Source of the DNA: an uncultured Gammaproteobacteria bacterium | GTDB lineage: Bacteria > Patescibacteriota > Microgenomatia > UBA12405 | Direction of reading: 5' to 3' | NCBI GenBank assembly: GCA_964503465.1 | Contig: CAZCYZ010000003.1 | Span: forward strand, 1-62,932 | DNA length: 62,932 bases | Shown: positions 1 to 9,267 of the stretch, one piece after another | How the letters are laid out: every line of letters begins with the position of its first letter | Numbering within the stretch: position 1 is the first letter of the stretch | Made by a program: the position numbers and the translations under genes | The notes under the pieces: generated by a model | The model's database searches: none | Told to the model about the DNA's origin: nothing | Seen by the model: only the letters and a program-made list of their open reading frames with translations

Positions 1-363
1 ATCGTCCAGCCCCCCGCCGCCGACAACCCCGTGACCCCCGAGGAAGAAGTTCGTTGCGAACACGTGAACGCTGGAGTGTTTCAACTCCAACCTGGATACT
101 CCATCAACGGCGGTCACGTGTGGGTAGCTGGGGTCGAATATCTCTTCGTTGACAACCGCGTCGTTGTTGTGACGAACAACAGCGACCAGGCAGTTGAGGT
201 CAACTCCAGCGATGGTGTTGGCCTTTGCAACGATGTAGATTACGACCGCCAGGTGGCTATGCGCTTTACGGAAGGCTGTGACCTGGATGGTTGCGCAGAG
301 GTTCTCTGGGTCAACATCGACCAGAATGGCAACATCACCTCTCAGGTGATTAAAAAGCCTTAA
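1..363 (+). CDS. hypothetical protein, C-terminal fragment (frame open to the left window edge)
   Basis: Frame 1 is open from nt 1 (IVQPPAADNPVTPEEE...) to TAA at 361-363. GC-rich and compositionally unlike every other gene here. No motif recognised. Confidence 0.45.
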   Translation: MVQPPAADNPVTPEEEVRCEHVNAGVFQLQPGYSINGGHVWVAGVEYLFVDNRVVVVTNNSDQAVEVNSSDGVGLCNDVDYDRQVAMRFTEGCDLDGCAEVLWVNIDQNGNITSQVIKKP

Positions 364-412
364 ACCTCAGCCGACAACTGAATAGCCTCGCCGGCCCGCG
401 GCCCCTAACCTT

Positions 413-441
413 GCAGGTCCTCCCCTCGGGGGGGGGCCTGC
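413..441 (+). terminator. GC-rich stem-loop after the truncated left-end ORF (candidate terminator, no U-tract)
   Basis: GCAGG (413-417) pairs with CCTGC (437-441), enclosing CCCC/GGGG pairs. A perfect 16-nt palindrome ACCCGCAGCTGCGGGT lies at ~486-501. Confidence 0.25.
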
Positions 442-536
442 ACCGGGAGGGCACAAGGAAAGAAAGAAGAAAGAGACGAGGACACCCGCAGCTGCGGGTC
501 TGATGAGCTCCCCGATCAATTATCGAGGGCGAATCC

Positions 537-2054
537 TCACCTTGACCTAACTAGATACACTTTACCGTATTTGGGCATTTGATACTCCCCCATCCATTCA
601 AACCTATCCTCATTTCCCCACACATAGTCTCGTACTTGTTTATAAGCCTCCAAATTAATCCCATAAAATGGTGCCGGATCAAAATCCTGGCCCGGCATTA
701 ATATCACCTGAAAGTTCCTTAGTAAATCCATTATTTGTCCTTCATTTTCAAACCTAGTTACCGACCCTACTGACCCGGTTTCATATGCCTGGCTACCCCA
801 CAATTCTTTATACATCCCCAAATTGTTATCATTTAGTTCTTCCCGATTCATTAGCACCAACAAATTCAACTTTCTATTTTCAGCGATCGAGTATTTCTCC
901 AAATCAGCCACAATTTCTTTTTGTGGCCACACTTGATTCCTTACCTCTCTCACCGGGTAATCGGAAAAATTAATCCAGTTTATATCTCCAAACAAAAAAG
1001 TTGGGGTACTTACAACAACTGGTTTCCGAAACGGCCAATTATAAGAATTTTCAACATAATTAAACCCCATCCACAACAGCAGTAAAGCAGTCATTAAATG
1101 TTTTACCCTCCTTGTCAAGGGAGGGTGCCCGAAGGGCGGGTGGGTTTGTTCTTCTAATCCCCACCCAAACCACACTGCCACCACCGACAACAATGGCATT
1201 GTAAACCGGAAATCTTTGTTCTTAATAACTGTAAAAATCGCATAAGTTACCACCAGCCACCAAATTAATTTCTTATTTTCCTTCTTGCCAAAGACAAGAA
1301 AAATTATGGCTGTAACCGGACCAATTTGTTGCAAGAAAAACAACCTGAAGTAGTGTATCCATGTCCGCCAGTCCCCCAAATTCATCGGGTCAGTTAATTT
1401 CTCCCCTTGTCCAGCCAGTCCGGTTAGATATTGGTAAATGTTTTGCCAATTTAGTCCCCACCACCAAGCCACCGTCACCCCGTAAACCAATCCATAAAGC
1501 AATATTTTTTTTGGCTGTCGCCAATAGCTAGCAATTATTGGCAAAAAATAAATAAAGCCATTAAGTTTGGTCAGGCTTGCCAAAATAAGCATTACCAGCA
1601 CTCCCAGATCTTTTTTTTGCAACCAAAAATACAGCCCCCACACCACCCAAGCCATTAGCGCCAAATCTAAAAGCATGTTACGTGATATGTCATAAATTAC
1701 CGGGAACAACGAAAATAATATTGCTGGCAACAACTTTCCCCCAGCCAACTTGTAAACCCCAACCGTCGCCACTACCAAAAACAATGTATTAAGCAGACCT
1801 ATTTGATTTACCCCAAGCCCCGACACCAAACTCCAAACTCCACCCAAGAAATAAACAAGAGGCGGATAACCCCCAAACGATCTGATCAAATCGACCATAT
1901 TGCCCCAAAACCTTCCCCTCAACCATTGATTAGTCAAAATAACTGACCTCAAATGTGCCGCCTGATCCCAAGCTGGCGGATATTTGTCAAGTGTCAGCCA
2001 AATTATATTTCCCACCACCAATATCAGTATCCAAATCCAAAGCTTTCTCATCAA
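537..2054 (-). CDS. GT-C fold glycosyltransferase-like integral membrane protein (ArnT/PMT-like)
   Basis: 505 aa with many hydrophobic spans. N-terminal loop YPPAWDQAAHL resembles the first-loop acidic motif of lipid-phosphate-sugar dependent GT-C enzymes. Soluble C-terminal domain. Confidence 0.6.
   Translation of the reverse strand: MMRKLWIWILILVVGNIIWLTLDKYPPAWDQAAHLRSVILTNQWLRGRFWGNMVDLIRSFGGYPPLVYFLGGVWSLVSGLGVNQIGLLNTLFLVVATVGVYKLAGGKLLPAILFSLFPVIYDISRNMLLDLALMAWVVWGLYFWLQKKDLGVLVMLILASLTKLNGFIYFLPIIASYWRQPKKILLYGLVYGVTVAWWWGLNWQNIYQYLTGLAGQGEKLTDPMNLGDWRTWIHYFRLFFLQQIGPVTAIIFLVFGKKENKKLIWWLVVTYAIFTVIKNKDFRFTMPLLSVVAVWFGWGLEEQTHPPFGHPPLTRRVKHLMTALLLLWMGFNYVENSYNWPFRKPVVVSTPTFLFGDINWINFSDYPVREVRNQVWPQKEIVADLEKYSIAENRKLNLLVLMNREELNDNNLGMYKELWGSQAYETGSVGSVTRFENEGQIMDLLRNFQVILMPGQDFDPAPFYGINLEAYKQVRDYVWGNEDRFEWMGEYQMPKYGKVYLVRSR
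1105..1145. repeat. family-A palindromic repeat copy inside the GT-C gene
   Basis: ACCCTCC-TTGTCAAG-GGAGGGT hairpin followed by GCCC-GAA-GGGC. The reverse complement shares ACCCTCCCTTGACA with the copy at ~29510. Translated in frame as ...THPPFGHPPLTRRV... Confidence 0.6.
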
Positions 2055-2074
2055 ATTTAGTATAAACTAATTTA

Positions 2075-4693
2075 GTGAAAAAGGTCCTGTCCTCACCATT
2101 TATTTATCCGCTACTTCTCGTTCTACTCTGCCTTTTTATTGCTGCCAAAAATTACACTCCTGGCACTTTTTTGACCGGCTGGGATACTCTCCACCCCGAG
2201 TTTAATTTCCCCCTCAATTTTCAAAGGCTAATTTTTGGAGTTTGGCGCTCCGATCAGGGCTTAGGCGCCGTCTCTGGTCACACCGCCATGGCTGACCTTC
2301 CCCGTGTTTTTATCCTCTGGTTTTTTCATTTCATCCTCCCCCTTTCTTTCCTTCGCTACAGCTATGTCTTCCTTTGTCTTATTATCGGTCCCCTGGGTTT
2401 CTATTTTCTCCTCCAATTTCTGCTTAACCACAAGTCCCAGCAAAGCAAGCAAATTTCCTTCCTTGGTGCCCTTGTTTATCTCTTTAATTTTGGCACTCTT
2501 CAACAATTTTTCCTTCCTTTTGAAATGTTTCCCACCCAGTGGGCCTACCTCCCCTGGATTATTCTTTACTCCCTCAAATACCTCCACCAACCATCCAAAA
2601 AATATCTTCTAGTTTTTTCCCTGCTTACTCTCTTATCTACTCCCCAGGCCTACGCCGCCCATCTTTGGTATCCCTTTTTTGGCATTTATTTGCTATTTCT
2701 CCTCCTCTCCCGTTCCTCCAAAATTATCCCTCTAGTTATTCTTACCTTAATTTTAAATTCCTTTTGGCTCCTTCCAAACCTTTATTACGTTTTTACTCAC
2801 ACCGACAATCCCAAATATAATCTCAGTAACCGTCTCCATTCCCAGGAATTTCTTCTCAAAAATCGCCAAACAGGCACATTGGCTGATACCTCACTTATCA
2901 AGGGTTTCTATTTTAATTGGGATCAGTACAACTTTAATCAAAAACGCTCCACCCCCCTCATGCCCGCCTGGCTTGACCACTTAAACAACTATGATGTTCG
3001 TCTTATCGGAAACCTTCTTTTCTTTTTTTCCCTCATCGGTCTAGTTGTCACCCTCTTAACCAAAAATCACCAATTCATTCCACTAACACCATTTTTTATC
3101 ATTCCTTTAGTTCTTTTGGCCAATCGCACTCCCGGTTTTAATCTTATTTTCGATTTCCTCCTAAAAATTCCTCTTGTCCAAGAAATATTTCGCTTTATTT
3201 TTACCAAGTTCTCAATTCTTTTTACCTTTGGTTATTCTCTCTTCATTTCCTTTTCTATCTTCTTTATTACTACCACCTTCCCCAAACTCCTCCGACCAAT
3301 CCTTATCGTCCTACCATTATCACTTCTAGTTTATTGTTACCCCTATTTTATGGGGCAACTTATCTCTCCCATTGTCAGAAAGGCTATCCCCCAAAGTTAT
3401 CTTGACCTAAATTCCCACCTTCAGTCCCAACCTCAAGGCACTGTTCTAACTCTACCACTCCATGAAAAAAGTGGCTGGGTTTTTACCGATTGGCAATACC
3501 AAGGTTCTGGCCTTATTTGGTTTGGCGCCCCCCAAGGGTTTCTTGATCGTGATTCCGATCGCTGGCAATCAAAAAACGAACAAGCATTCAACGAGTTCTA
3601 TTATGCTCTCTATTCAAACAATTTCGATCAATTCACCAAATCCCTGACCAAATACCGTATTGCTTACATTCTTTGGGATCAATCAATTATTCCTTCCTCT
3701 CCAAAAAACCGTGACCAAATTACCTTCAAGTTCGAAACCGAAAACCTCCTCCGCAACCTTCAAGCCCAAAACTATCTCTCCCCTCCAATTCAATTCGGAC
3801 ACCTTTTTCTTTATCCTGTCACCAATTCCCCATCGCTTGTCGAAGTTAAACAAATCACCAACTTTGTTGGCCCGGCATACCGCTGGCACTACATCGATTT
3901 TGAAAATTCCACCGACTATCTTACCACCAATTCATCCCGCGACACTATTCTTCCCCTCCGCGGAATTTTAAACGACTATCGCCAGCTTAGACCAGAATTT
4001 CTAAACCTCAACTCCTCTCCTCAAACAATTTACAATCAACCACAAAAAATTTCTGCTCTCAATACTACTCACAGCACTGCCATTGGTCTTGATTCTCTCC
4101 CACACAACCTGCCATACATCATTGGAATCAAGTCTCAATACCTTTCCGGTATTCCTCTTCGCCTTTGTTTCAAAAACAGCCTCACCAATCTCTGCACCGT
4201 CGAAGACGAAATCACCAAAAATCCATCCTCCCACTGGGATTATTTTCTTGCCCCACCTCAAGACAACTTCAATGGTTATACCGCCGAACTCAATGTTGTT
4301 TCCTATGGCCACCAAAAATCTGCATCGGTTCTCGAGGAAGTAACCCTATCCCCACTCAACTATCAACCACCCGACTATCACCCTTCTAATTCCCCCTCAT
4401 TTCCTGTCTCATATAAAGCTATTTTCCCAAATTATTCACTCATCAAAGCTACCCTCAACTCTGCCCCCCAAGACTCTACCCTTATCTTAAATCAATCCTT
4501 CGACCCCGACTGGTTAGCTCTTGGCGCCGGCAATCATCTTCTTGTTAACAACTGGGCCAACGCCTGGTCCATCCCGCCGACGATTAACAATCAACCATCA
4601 ACGATCTATCTCATTTTCTGGCCTCAACTATTAGAACTCCTCGGTCTCGGTTTAATTCCAATTGCTCTTCTACTTATCTGGCACCGGAAATAA
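2075..4693 (+). CDS. large polytopic membrane protein with extracytoplasmic C-terminal domain (putative YfhO/GT-C-like glycosyltransferase)
   Basis: 872 aa. About 450 N-terminal residues are dominated by hydrophobic helices, followed by a long soluble region and a terminal TM helix. Divergent from the neighbouring GT-C gene. Confidence 0.5.
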   Translation: MKKVLSSPFIYPLLLVLLCLFIAAKNYTPGTFLTGWDTLHPEFNFPLNFQRLIFGVWRSDQGLGAVSGHTAMADLPRVFILWFFHFILPLSFLRYSYVFLCLIIGPLGFYFLLQFLLNHKSQQSKQISFLGALVYLFNFGTLQQFFLPFEMFPTQWAYLPWIILYSLKYLHQPSKKYLLVFSLLTLLSTPQAYAAHLWYPFFGIYLLFLLLSRSSKIIPLVILTLILNSFWLLPNLYYVFTHTDNPKYNLSNRLHSQEFLLKNRQTGTLADTSLIKGFYFNWDQYNFNQKRSTPLMPAWLDHLNNYDVRLIGNLLFFFSLIGLVVTLLTKNHQFIPLTPFFIIPLVLLANRTPGFNLIFDFLLKIPLVQEIFRFIFTKFSILFTFGYSLFISFSIFFITTTFPKLLRPILIVLPLSLLVYCYPYFMGQLISPIVRKAIPQSYLDLNSHLQSQPQGTVLTLPLHEKSGWVFTDWQYQGSGLIWFGAPQGFLDRDSDRWQSKNEQAFNEFYYALYSNNFDQFTKSLTKYRIAYILWDQSIIPSSPKNRDQITFKFETENLLRNLQAQNYLSPPIQFGHLFLYPVTNSPSLVEVKQITNFVGPAYRWHYIDFENSTDYLTTNSSRDTILPLRGILNDYRQLRPEFLNLNSSPQTIYNQPQKISALNTTHSTAIGLDSLPHNLPYIIGIKSQYLSGIPLRLCFKNSLTNLCTVEDEITKNPSSHWDYFLAPPQDNFNGYTAELNVVSYGHQKSASVLEEVTLSPLNYQPPDYHPSNSPSFPVSYKAIFPNYSLIKATLNSAPQDSTLILNQSFDPDWLALGAGNHLLVNNWANAWSIPPTINNQPSTIYLIFWPQLLELLGLGLIPIALLLIWHRK

Positions 4694-5884
4694 TCGACAC
4701 AATTCCCCTATTTCTTCCCCAACACCCTCTCCCCTCATTACTTTCAATATCACTTTCCCAATTTTTTCCATCTCCTCCTCTTTCATTCCCCTCACCGTCA
4801 ACGCTTGGGTTCCCATTCTTACCCCCGATGGTCTAAATGGACTCCCCTTTTCCCCCGGAATAGTGTTCTTATTCACCACTATCCCTACCTCCTCTAATCT
4901 TTCTGCCACCTCCCTCCCTTTCTCAAAACCTACATCTACCAACACCAAATGTTTATCCGTTCCCCCACTAATTATTTTTAGTCCGCCGCTCCCCAACACC
5001 CCTGCTAATTTCTTGGCATTAGCCACTGTTTGCTTTGCATAATTTTTAAACTCATCTGTCCTAGTTTTTTCCAAAGCCACGGCAATCCCTGCTATTGTAT
5101 GTAGATGTGGTCCACCCTGTAAACCAGGAAACACTGATGCGTTAATTTTGTCCATGAAGCCGACGCGTCCGAAAATCAGACCCCCCCGCGGACCCCGTAA
5201 AGTTTTATGTGTCGTCATTGTTACCACATCGGCAAATGGGAACGGTGATCGGCACGCTCCACCGGCAATCAATCCTGATTCATGTGACACATCAGCCAGG
5301 TAATAAGCTCCAACTTTTTTGGCAATCCCTCCCATCCGCTCATAATCAATCTCTCGCGGATACGCCGTCCCGCCAGAAATAATCATCTTTGGCTTAAACT
5401 CTTTGGCTTTTTTTTCAATTTCATCGTAATCAAATACTTCGGTTTCTGGATTCACTTTGTAAAACTCTACTTCGTATATTTTGCTCACCAGGGTTACCTT
5501 TTTATCAGCTGTGTGCCACCCATGAGACAGATGTCCTCCATCCGGCAAACTCATTGCCAAAATTCTATCCCCAATTTCCAGCAACCCGTTGTACACTGCC
5601 AAATTGGCTTCACAGCCCGAATGTGGCTGGACATTCACGTTCCAATCATCATCCAATCCAAAAGCTCGAAGCGCTCTCTCTTGACACAGCCTCTCCGCCT
5701 CGTCCACCACCTTATTCCCCTGGTAATATCTCTTCCCCGGGTACCCTTCGGCATATTTTTGCATTAGCACCGACCCCACCGCTTCCATTACCTCTGGGTA
5801 AGTATAATTTTCCGATGGAATCATCATCAGCGTACTCGCCTGCCTCTCTCTTTCTCGCTTAATTAAATTTCCAATTTCGTCCAT
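4670..5884 (-). CDS. glyA: serine hydroxymethyltransferase
   Basis: 404 aa. IPSENY, YPGKRYYQG and the PLP-lysine motif TTHKTLRGPRGG are present. Confidence 0.95.
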   Translation of the reverse strand: MDEIGNLIKRERERQASTLMMIPSENYTYPEVMEAVGSVLMQKYAEGYPGKRYYQGNKVVDEAERLCQERALRAFGLDDDWNVNVQPHSGCEANLAVYNGLLEIGDRILAMSLPDGGHLSHGWHTADKKVTLVSKIYEVEFYKVNPETEVFDYDEIEKKAKEFKPKMIISGGTAYPREIDYERMGGIAKKVGAYYLADVSHESGLIAGGACRSPFPFADVVTMTTHKTLRGPRGGLIFGRVGFMDKINASVFPGLQGGPHLHTIAGIAVALEKTRTDEFKNYAKQTVANAKKLAGVLGSGGLKIISGGTDKHLVLVDVGFEKGREVAERLEEVGIVVNKNTIPGEKGSPFRPSGVRMGTQALTVRGMKEEEMEKIGKVILKVMRGEGVGEEIGELCRLFPVPDK

Positions 5885-5892
5885 AGCCTATT

Positions 5893-6081
5893 TTAACCCC
5901 ACCTCAATCGATAATATTCATCCAATATTTTTTCGGCCCAAACAAAATTATTTTTATCCTCACCTATTCTCTCACCATATTTTCCTGCCTTCTCCAAAAA
6001 TAATTTACCAATCTCCACGTTCCCTTTACCTATCATCAATGCCGCCCGATACAAATTTCCCAAACCATCATCTACATCCAT
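5893..6081 (-). CDS. hypothetical small protein
   Basis: 62-aa ORF, same strand as its neighbour and overlapping it by 10 nt. Composition typical of minus-strand genes. Confidence 0.4.
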   Translation of the reverse strand: MDVDDGLGNLYRAALMIGKGNVEIGKLFLEKAGKYGERIGEDKNNFVWAEKILDEYYRLRWG

Positions 6082-6410
6082 AGAAATTCAAAATAATCCT
6101 TAACTATTTTTTCAAACTTCACTCTTACCTCTGAATCCAAAATCTCCATACTCGAATTACTTGGCTCAGACCTGATATTCCATACGGCACTAAATTCAAT
6201 CTCTTTATTTATAAAGTTTATCCACCCACCCCAAACATTTTTTTCTACACTCCCTTTTTCTTTCAACATCGGCACTGCATCAGCATGCAACTCCGGCCCA
6301 ACTACTATCCATCCATTCTCCACATCCACCGTCACCTTCACATAACTTCCATACTTATTCCTGATCACCTTAATCCCATCACTCGTCAATTTTTCTGTCA
6401 GTAACTCCAT
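6072..6410 (-). CDS. hypothetical protein
   Basis: 112-aa ORF downstream of thyX on the same strand. No motif recognised. Confidence 0.5.
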   Translation of the reverse strand: MELLTEKLTSDGIKVIRNKYGSYVKVTVDVENGWIVVGPELHADAVPMLKEKGSVEKNVWGGWINFINKEIEFSAVWNIRSEPSNSSMEILDSEVRVKFEKIVKDYFEFLWM

Positions 6411-6428
6411 CCCCTTATTATAGTCTAC

Positions 6429-7124
6429 CTACACCCTACTTCTCACCTCCGCCCCCTTGATATTCTGCCACCTGCTACAGCTCATCTTTCCCTCCCAACA
6501 AATTTTTTCTGTCAGACAGCTTGGCCCCGCCGTTTCAAAAATTGTTGGCGCTGCTTTTCTTGCTAGCATCAGCATTCTATTGGCCAATTCCTGAATTTCC
6601 CACTGCGCCCGTCGACAGCAACGCAAATTAAAAAAATGCAACAACTCCCGAGCATTCATGGTTACCACTGCCTTAATTTGCAACGACTGCGGTTGTAGGT
6701 ATCTGGCATCTTCGGCCGGAATCCCCCTCTCTACCATTTCCTCATACAAATTTTGTGTCGTTGTCAATACTTTTTTGTATTTCTTCAAAATTTCTTTGTT
6801 ACTTTTTATTTTTTCCGGAATCACAAATTTCGCCCCTCGCCTTTTGACATATCTTCCCGACTGAATCGAGAATGATGCCAACCGATGTCGAATCATTTGA
6901 ATCTCCGTTACTCGGGAAATCCCTTCAATCGCAAAAGTAAAACTGGCATGCTCCAACGTCGACGTATGTCCCGAGCCAATCACCTGTCGAATCAATCTTC
7001 CTCTGGTTTCTTTATCAGTCTTCTTTTTTAATTCACTCGCTCCAATCGCCGAATAACACTGCCGTATTGCCGCCGTTACTACTTGCTCTGGATCCTTAGT
7101 ATAAGCCACCAACTTAACTTTCAC
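6429..7124 (-). CDS. thyX: FAD-dependent thymidylate synthase
   Basis: 231 aa. ThyX signature RHRxxSxxxxSxRY is present as MIRHRLASFSIQSGRYV. Confidence 0.9.
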   Translation of the reverse strand: MKVKLVAYTKDPEQVVTAAIRQCYSAIGASELKKKTDKETRGRLIRQVIGSGHTSTLEHASFTFAIEGISRVTEIQMIRHRLASFSIQSGRYVKRRGAKFVIPEKIKSNKEILKKYKKVLTTTQNLYEEMVERGIPAEDARYLQPQSLQIKAVVTMNARELLHFFNLRCCRRAQWEIQELANRMLMLARKAAPTIFETAGPSCLTEKICWEGKMSCSRWQNIKGAEVRSRV

Positions 7125-7558
7125 TTATCCATTTTACTGCCTAAAACCCACTTTTTCACCCACCATCCCAAAAACCATTTTTTTGACCAGTTCCAATCTT
7201 TTTTAACACTCATATATTTCACTCCATCCATTAACAAATGCAAACCATACGCCATCATCAGCCACCTTCCTGCCGGCCAATACTTCGTCAACCATCCAAC
7301 TAACAAAAAAACTTCAACCGTATGAAAAAAATATAACTGTCCCTCGGCTTCATTGTACAACTGACTCAATCTCGCAAACATTATTTTTGGAGTTAATGGC
7401 CGAACTGTTACTATCGCCCAACACCCATGGTCAATGACATCAATCCCCACCATCCCCACCAAAACTGCTCCCACACTCACCAAATCCATCTGATAACCAA
7501 TCACCTTAGTTCCCACCACCACACCTCCAACTGCCAGAATATGCCAATTTAAATGCAT
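7121..7558 (-). CDS. small integral membrane protein (possibly DUF457/YdjM-like metal-dependent hydrolase)
   Basis: 145 aa with several hydrophobic helices. His/Asp motifs (IDVIDHG, FFHT, LHLLMDG). 4-nt overlap with the thyX start. Confidence 0.45.
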   Translation of the reverse strand: MHLNWHILAVGGVVVGTKVIGYQMDLVSVGAVLVGMVGIDVIDHGCWAIVTVRPLTPKIMFARLSQLYNEAEGQLYFFHTVEVFLLVGWLTKYWPAGRWLMMAYGLHLLMDGVKYMSVKKDWNWSKKWFLGWWVKKWVLGSKMDK

Positions 7559-7570
7559 AGTCTTCCTAAT

Positions 7571-8635
7571 TTAACAGTATGGGCACTCATCACCCACATA
7601 ATAAGCTCCGCATTTTTTACATCTCTTTGCCCCTGGTGTTTCGCTCGTCACCACCTGCCCCCTGACATAAACCACGTTAAACGCCAAAAATCGCCCGCCC
7701 ATCGCTGCCTCATTTGACATTCCGTGATTGCCTCCAGCCATCAAACTAATACCATGAGCTCTTCTAATATATCTTTCTATTTCTGCCCCCAACAAAATCG
7801 CTTGTTCTCGATCCAAGCCCGGCCTCATCCGAGCCCCAAATTTTGCCCCCACTTCTCGAGCTATCGCTAAAGTTTCAGCCAATTTTCTCAAATCTTCACC
7901 TGCTTCTATTGCTTCCCACACATCACCTATCTCCCCAAATACCCGCGGCAAACAATCGGTCGATTTAATTGCCATTGGGTGTAGTCTCAAATCATCAACT
8001 TCCCCCACCATTCCTAAAGTTTCTGTTCCCGATATCATCATCATTTTTTGCGCTTTTTGCCAAAATTCCTCTCGACTATATTTACAGCAAATCCCCCGAC
8101 ACTCCAATACCACTCTTCCATCTTTCCCAATTTCCTTTACTTCTGCCACCACCATTCTGTCCTCTTCATATTTACTATTGCCACCACATGGACTCATCCA
8201 CAAAATATGCCGGTGACCCATTAGGGCCAACTGTCGCATTTCCATCATCCCGGCTACCTCAATCCTTCCCAGTTCGGTTTCCTCATCCACCGGCAGTTCT
8301 GGCTTCCCGTTAGCCCCAAACCTCAGCTCAAACGGGGCCACCCTTCTTTTTATCTCGGCCAATCGATTCTCCAACAATATTCTTCCCAAATCACTTTCTG
8401 CATATTTTCTAACATCAAAAAACAATCTTGGCCCCTCTTCAGTTTTTCGAGATGATACTGACGCCGGCAACAATTTCACTTCTTTCTCTTCTCGTCTCCC
8501 TACCACCCCCATCGCCACCAACACTGTTGCCAATCCAACTTGATTTTCTTGCTCTAATACTCTGTTCATATTACTTATGCTCGTAAGTTTGAAGGCTCGG
8601 GCTTTAACCGTTGCGGCACAGCTTAGGACTTTCAC
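7571..8635 (-). CDS. hypothetical protein with C-terminal zinc ribbon
   Basis: 354 aa with a GTG start. C-terminus CKKCGAYYVGDECPYC (CxxC-x8-CxxC). Otherwise unrecognised. Confidence 0.6.
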   Translation of the reverse strand: MKVLSCAATVKARAFKLTSISNMNRVLEQENQVGLATVLVAMGVVGRREEKEVKLLPASVSSRKTEEGPRLFFDVRKYAESDLGRILLENRLAEIKRRVAPFELRFGANGKPELPVDEETELGRIEVAGMMEMRQLALMGHRHILWMSPCGGNSKYEEDRMVVAEVKEIGKDGRVVLECRGICCKYSREEFWQKAQKMMMISGTETLGMVGEVDDLRLHPMAIKSTDCLPRVFGEIGDVWEAIEAGEDLRKLAETLAIAREVGAKFGARMRPGLDREQAILLGAEIERYIRRAHGISLMAGGNHGMSNEAAMGGRFLAFNVVYVRGQVVTSETPGAKRCKKCGAYYVGDECPYC

Positions 8636-8657
8636 CTAATTCTGGGGTTTATCCCCA

Positions 8658-8679
8658 CCCCGATCGATTAGCATCGGGG
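8658..8679. repeat. family-B hairpin repeat
   Basis: CCCCGAT-cgattagc-ATCGGGG, ~25 nt upstream of the GTG start of 7571..8635 and just downstream of the adenosyltransferase stop. Confidence 0.55.
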
Positions 8680-8687
8680 CAAATATC

Positions 8688-9107
8688 CTATTTTTTTTCT
8701 TCTTTTAATGCTAACAAATAAAGATAATCCGACAACCGATTAAGATAAATTATCACATCTTTATTACTTTTTGCCGACACCGCTCGTCGTTCTGCTCTCC
8801 TGGCGACCGTTCTGGCCCAATTAATTTTAACCGCCTTTTCTTTTTCAAATATCACAAACTGACTCTTCGGCTTCAACTCTTTCCACAATTTATCAATTTC
8901 TTTCTCCAGATTTTTAATCTTTTGGCCCATCGGTTCTCGAGCCATTATCTCTCCCAACTCTTCTGTCAACGATTTAATCCCCATCACCATCAGTACCGCC
9001 TGTAATTCATCTAAGTTCCCAAGCATTTCAACCACATCACTATCTTTGGCCACTCTTTTACCAAAATAATCCGTCATCCCCCTGTCACCTTTCTTAGTTG
9101 TAATCAC
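8688..9107 (-). CDS. pduO: ATP:cob(I)alamin adenosyltransferase, PduO type (short form)
   Basis: N-terminal TKKGDRGMTDYFG...VAKDSDVVEMLGNLDELQ, plus ARRAERRAV and LNRLSDYLYLLA motifs typical of PduO-type adenosyltransferases. 139 aa. Confidence 0.8.
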   Translation of the reverse strand: MITTKKGDRGMTDYFGKRVAKDSDVVEMLGNLDELQAVLMVMGIKSLTEELGEIMAREPMGQKIKNLEKEIDKLWKELKPKSQFVIFEKEKAVKINWARTVARRAERRAVSAKSNKDVIIYLNRLSDYLYLLALKEEKK

Positions 9108-9138
9108 AGTCGAATTTTTTAATTTAAAATTTATAATT

Positions 9139-9262
9139 TCTCCCCTTCTTCATCAAACCCCTCACCCCTCCGGGGAGCTCCCCTTGACAAAGGGGAGCAA
9201 TTTCTAAGCTCCTGCCCTTTTCAAGGGAAGATGTCCCGAGTCTATCGAGGGACAGAAGGGTT
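9139..9262. repeat. cluster of family-A palindromic repeats filling the pduO-nrdJ intergenic region
   Basis: Consecutive hairpins: GCTCCCCTT-GACA-AAGGGGAGC (9177-9198), CCCTT-TTCA-AGGG (~9213-9229), GTCCCGAGTCTATCGAGGGAC (~9233-9252). Confidence 0.7.
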
Positions 9263-9267
9263 TAAGT

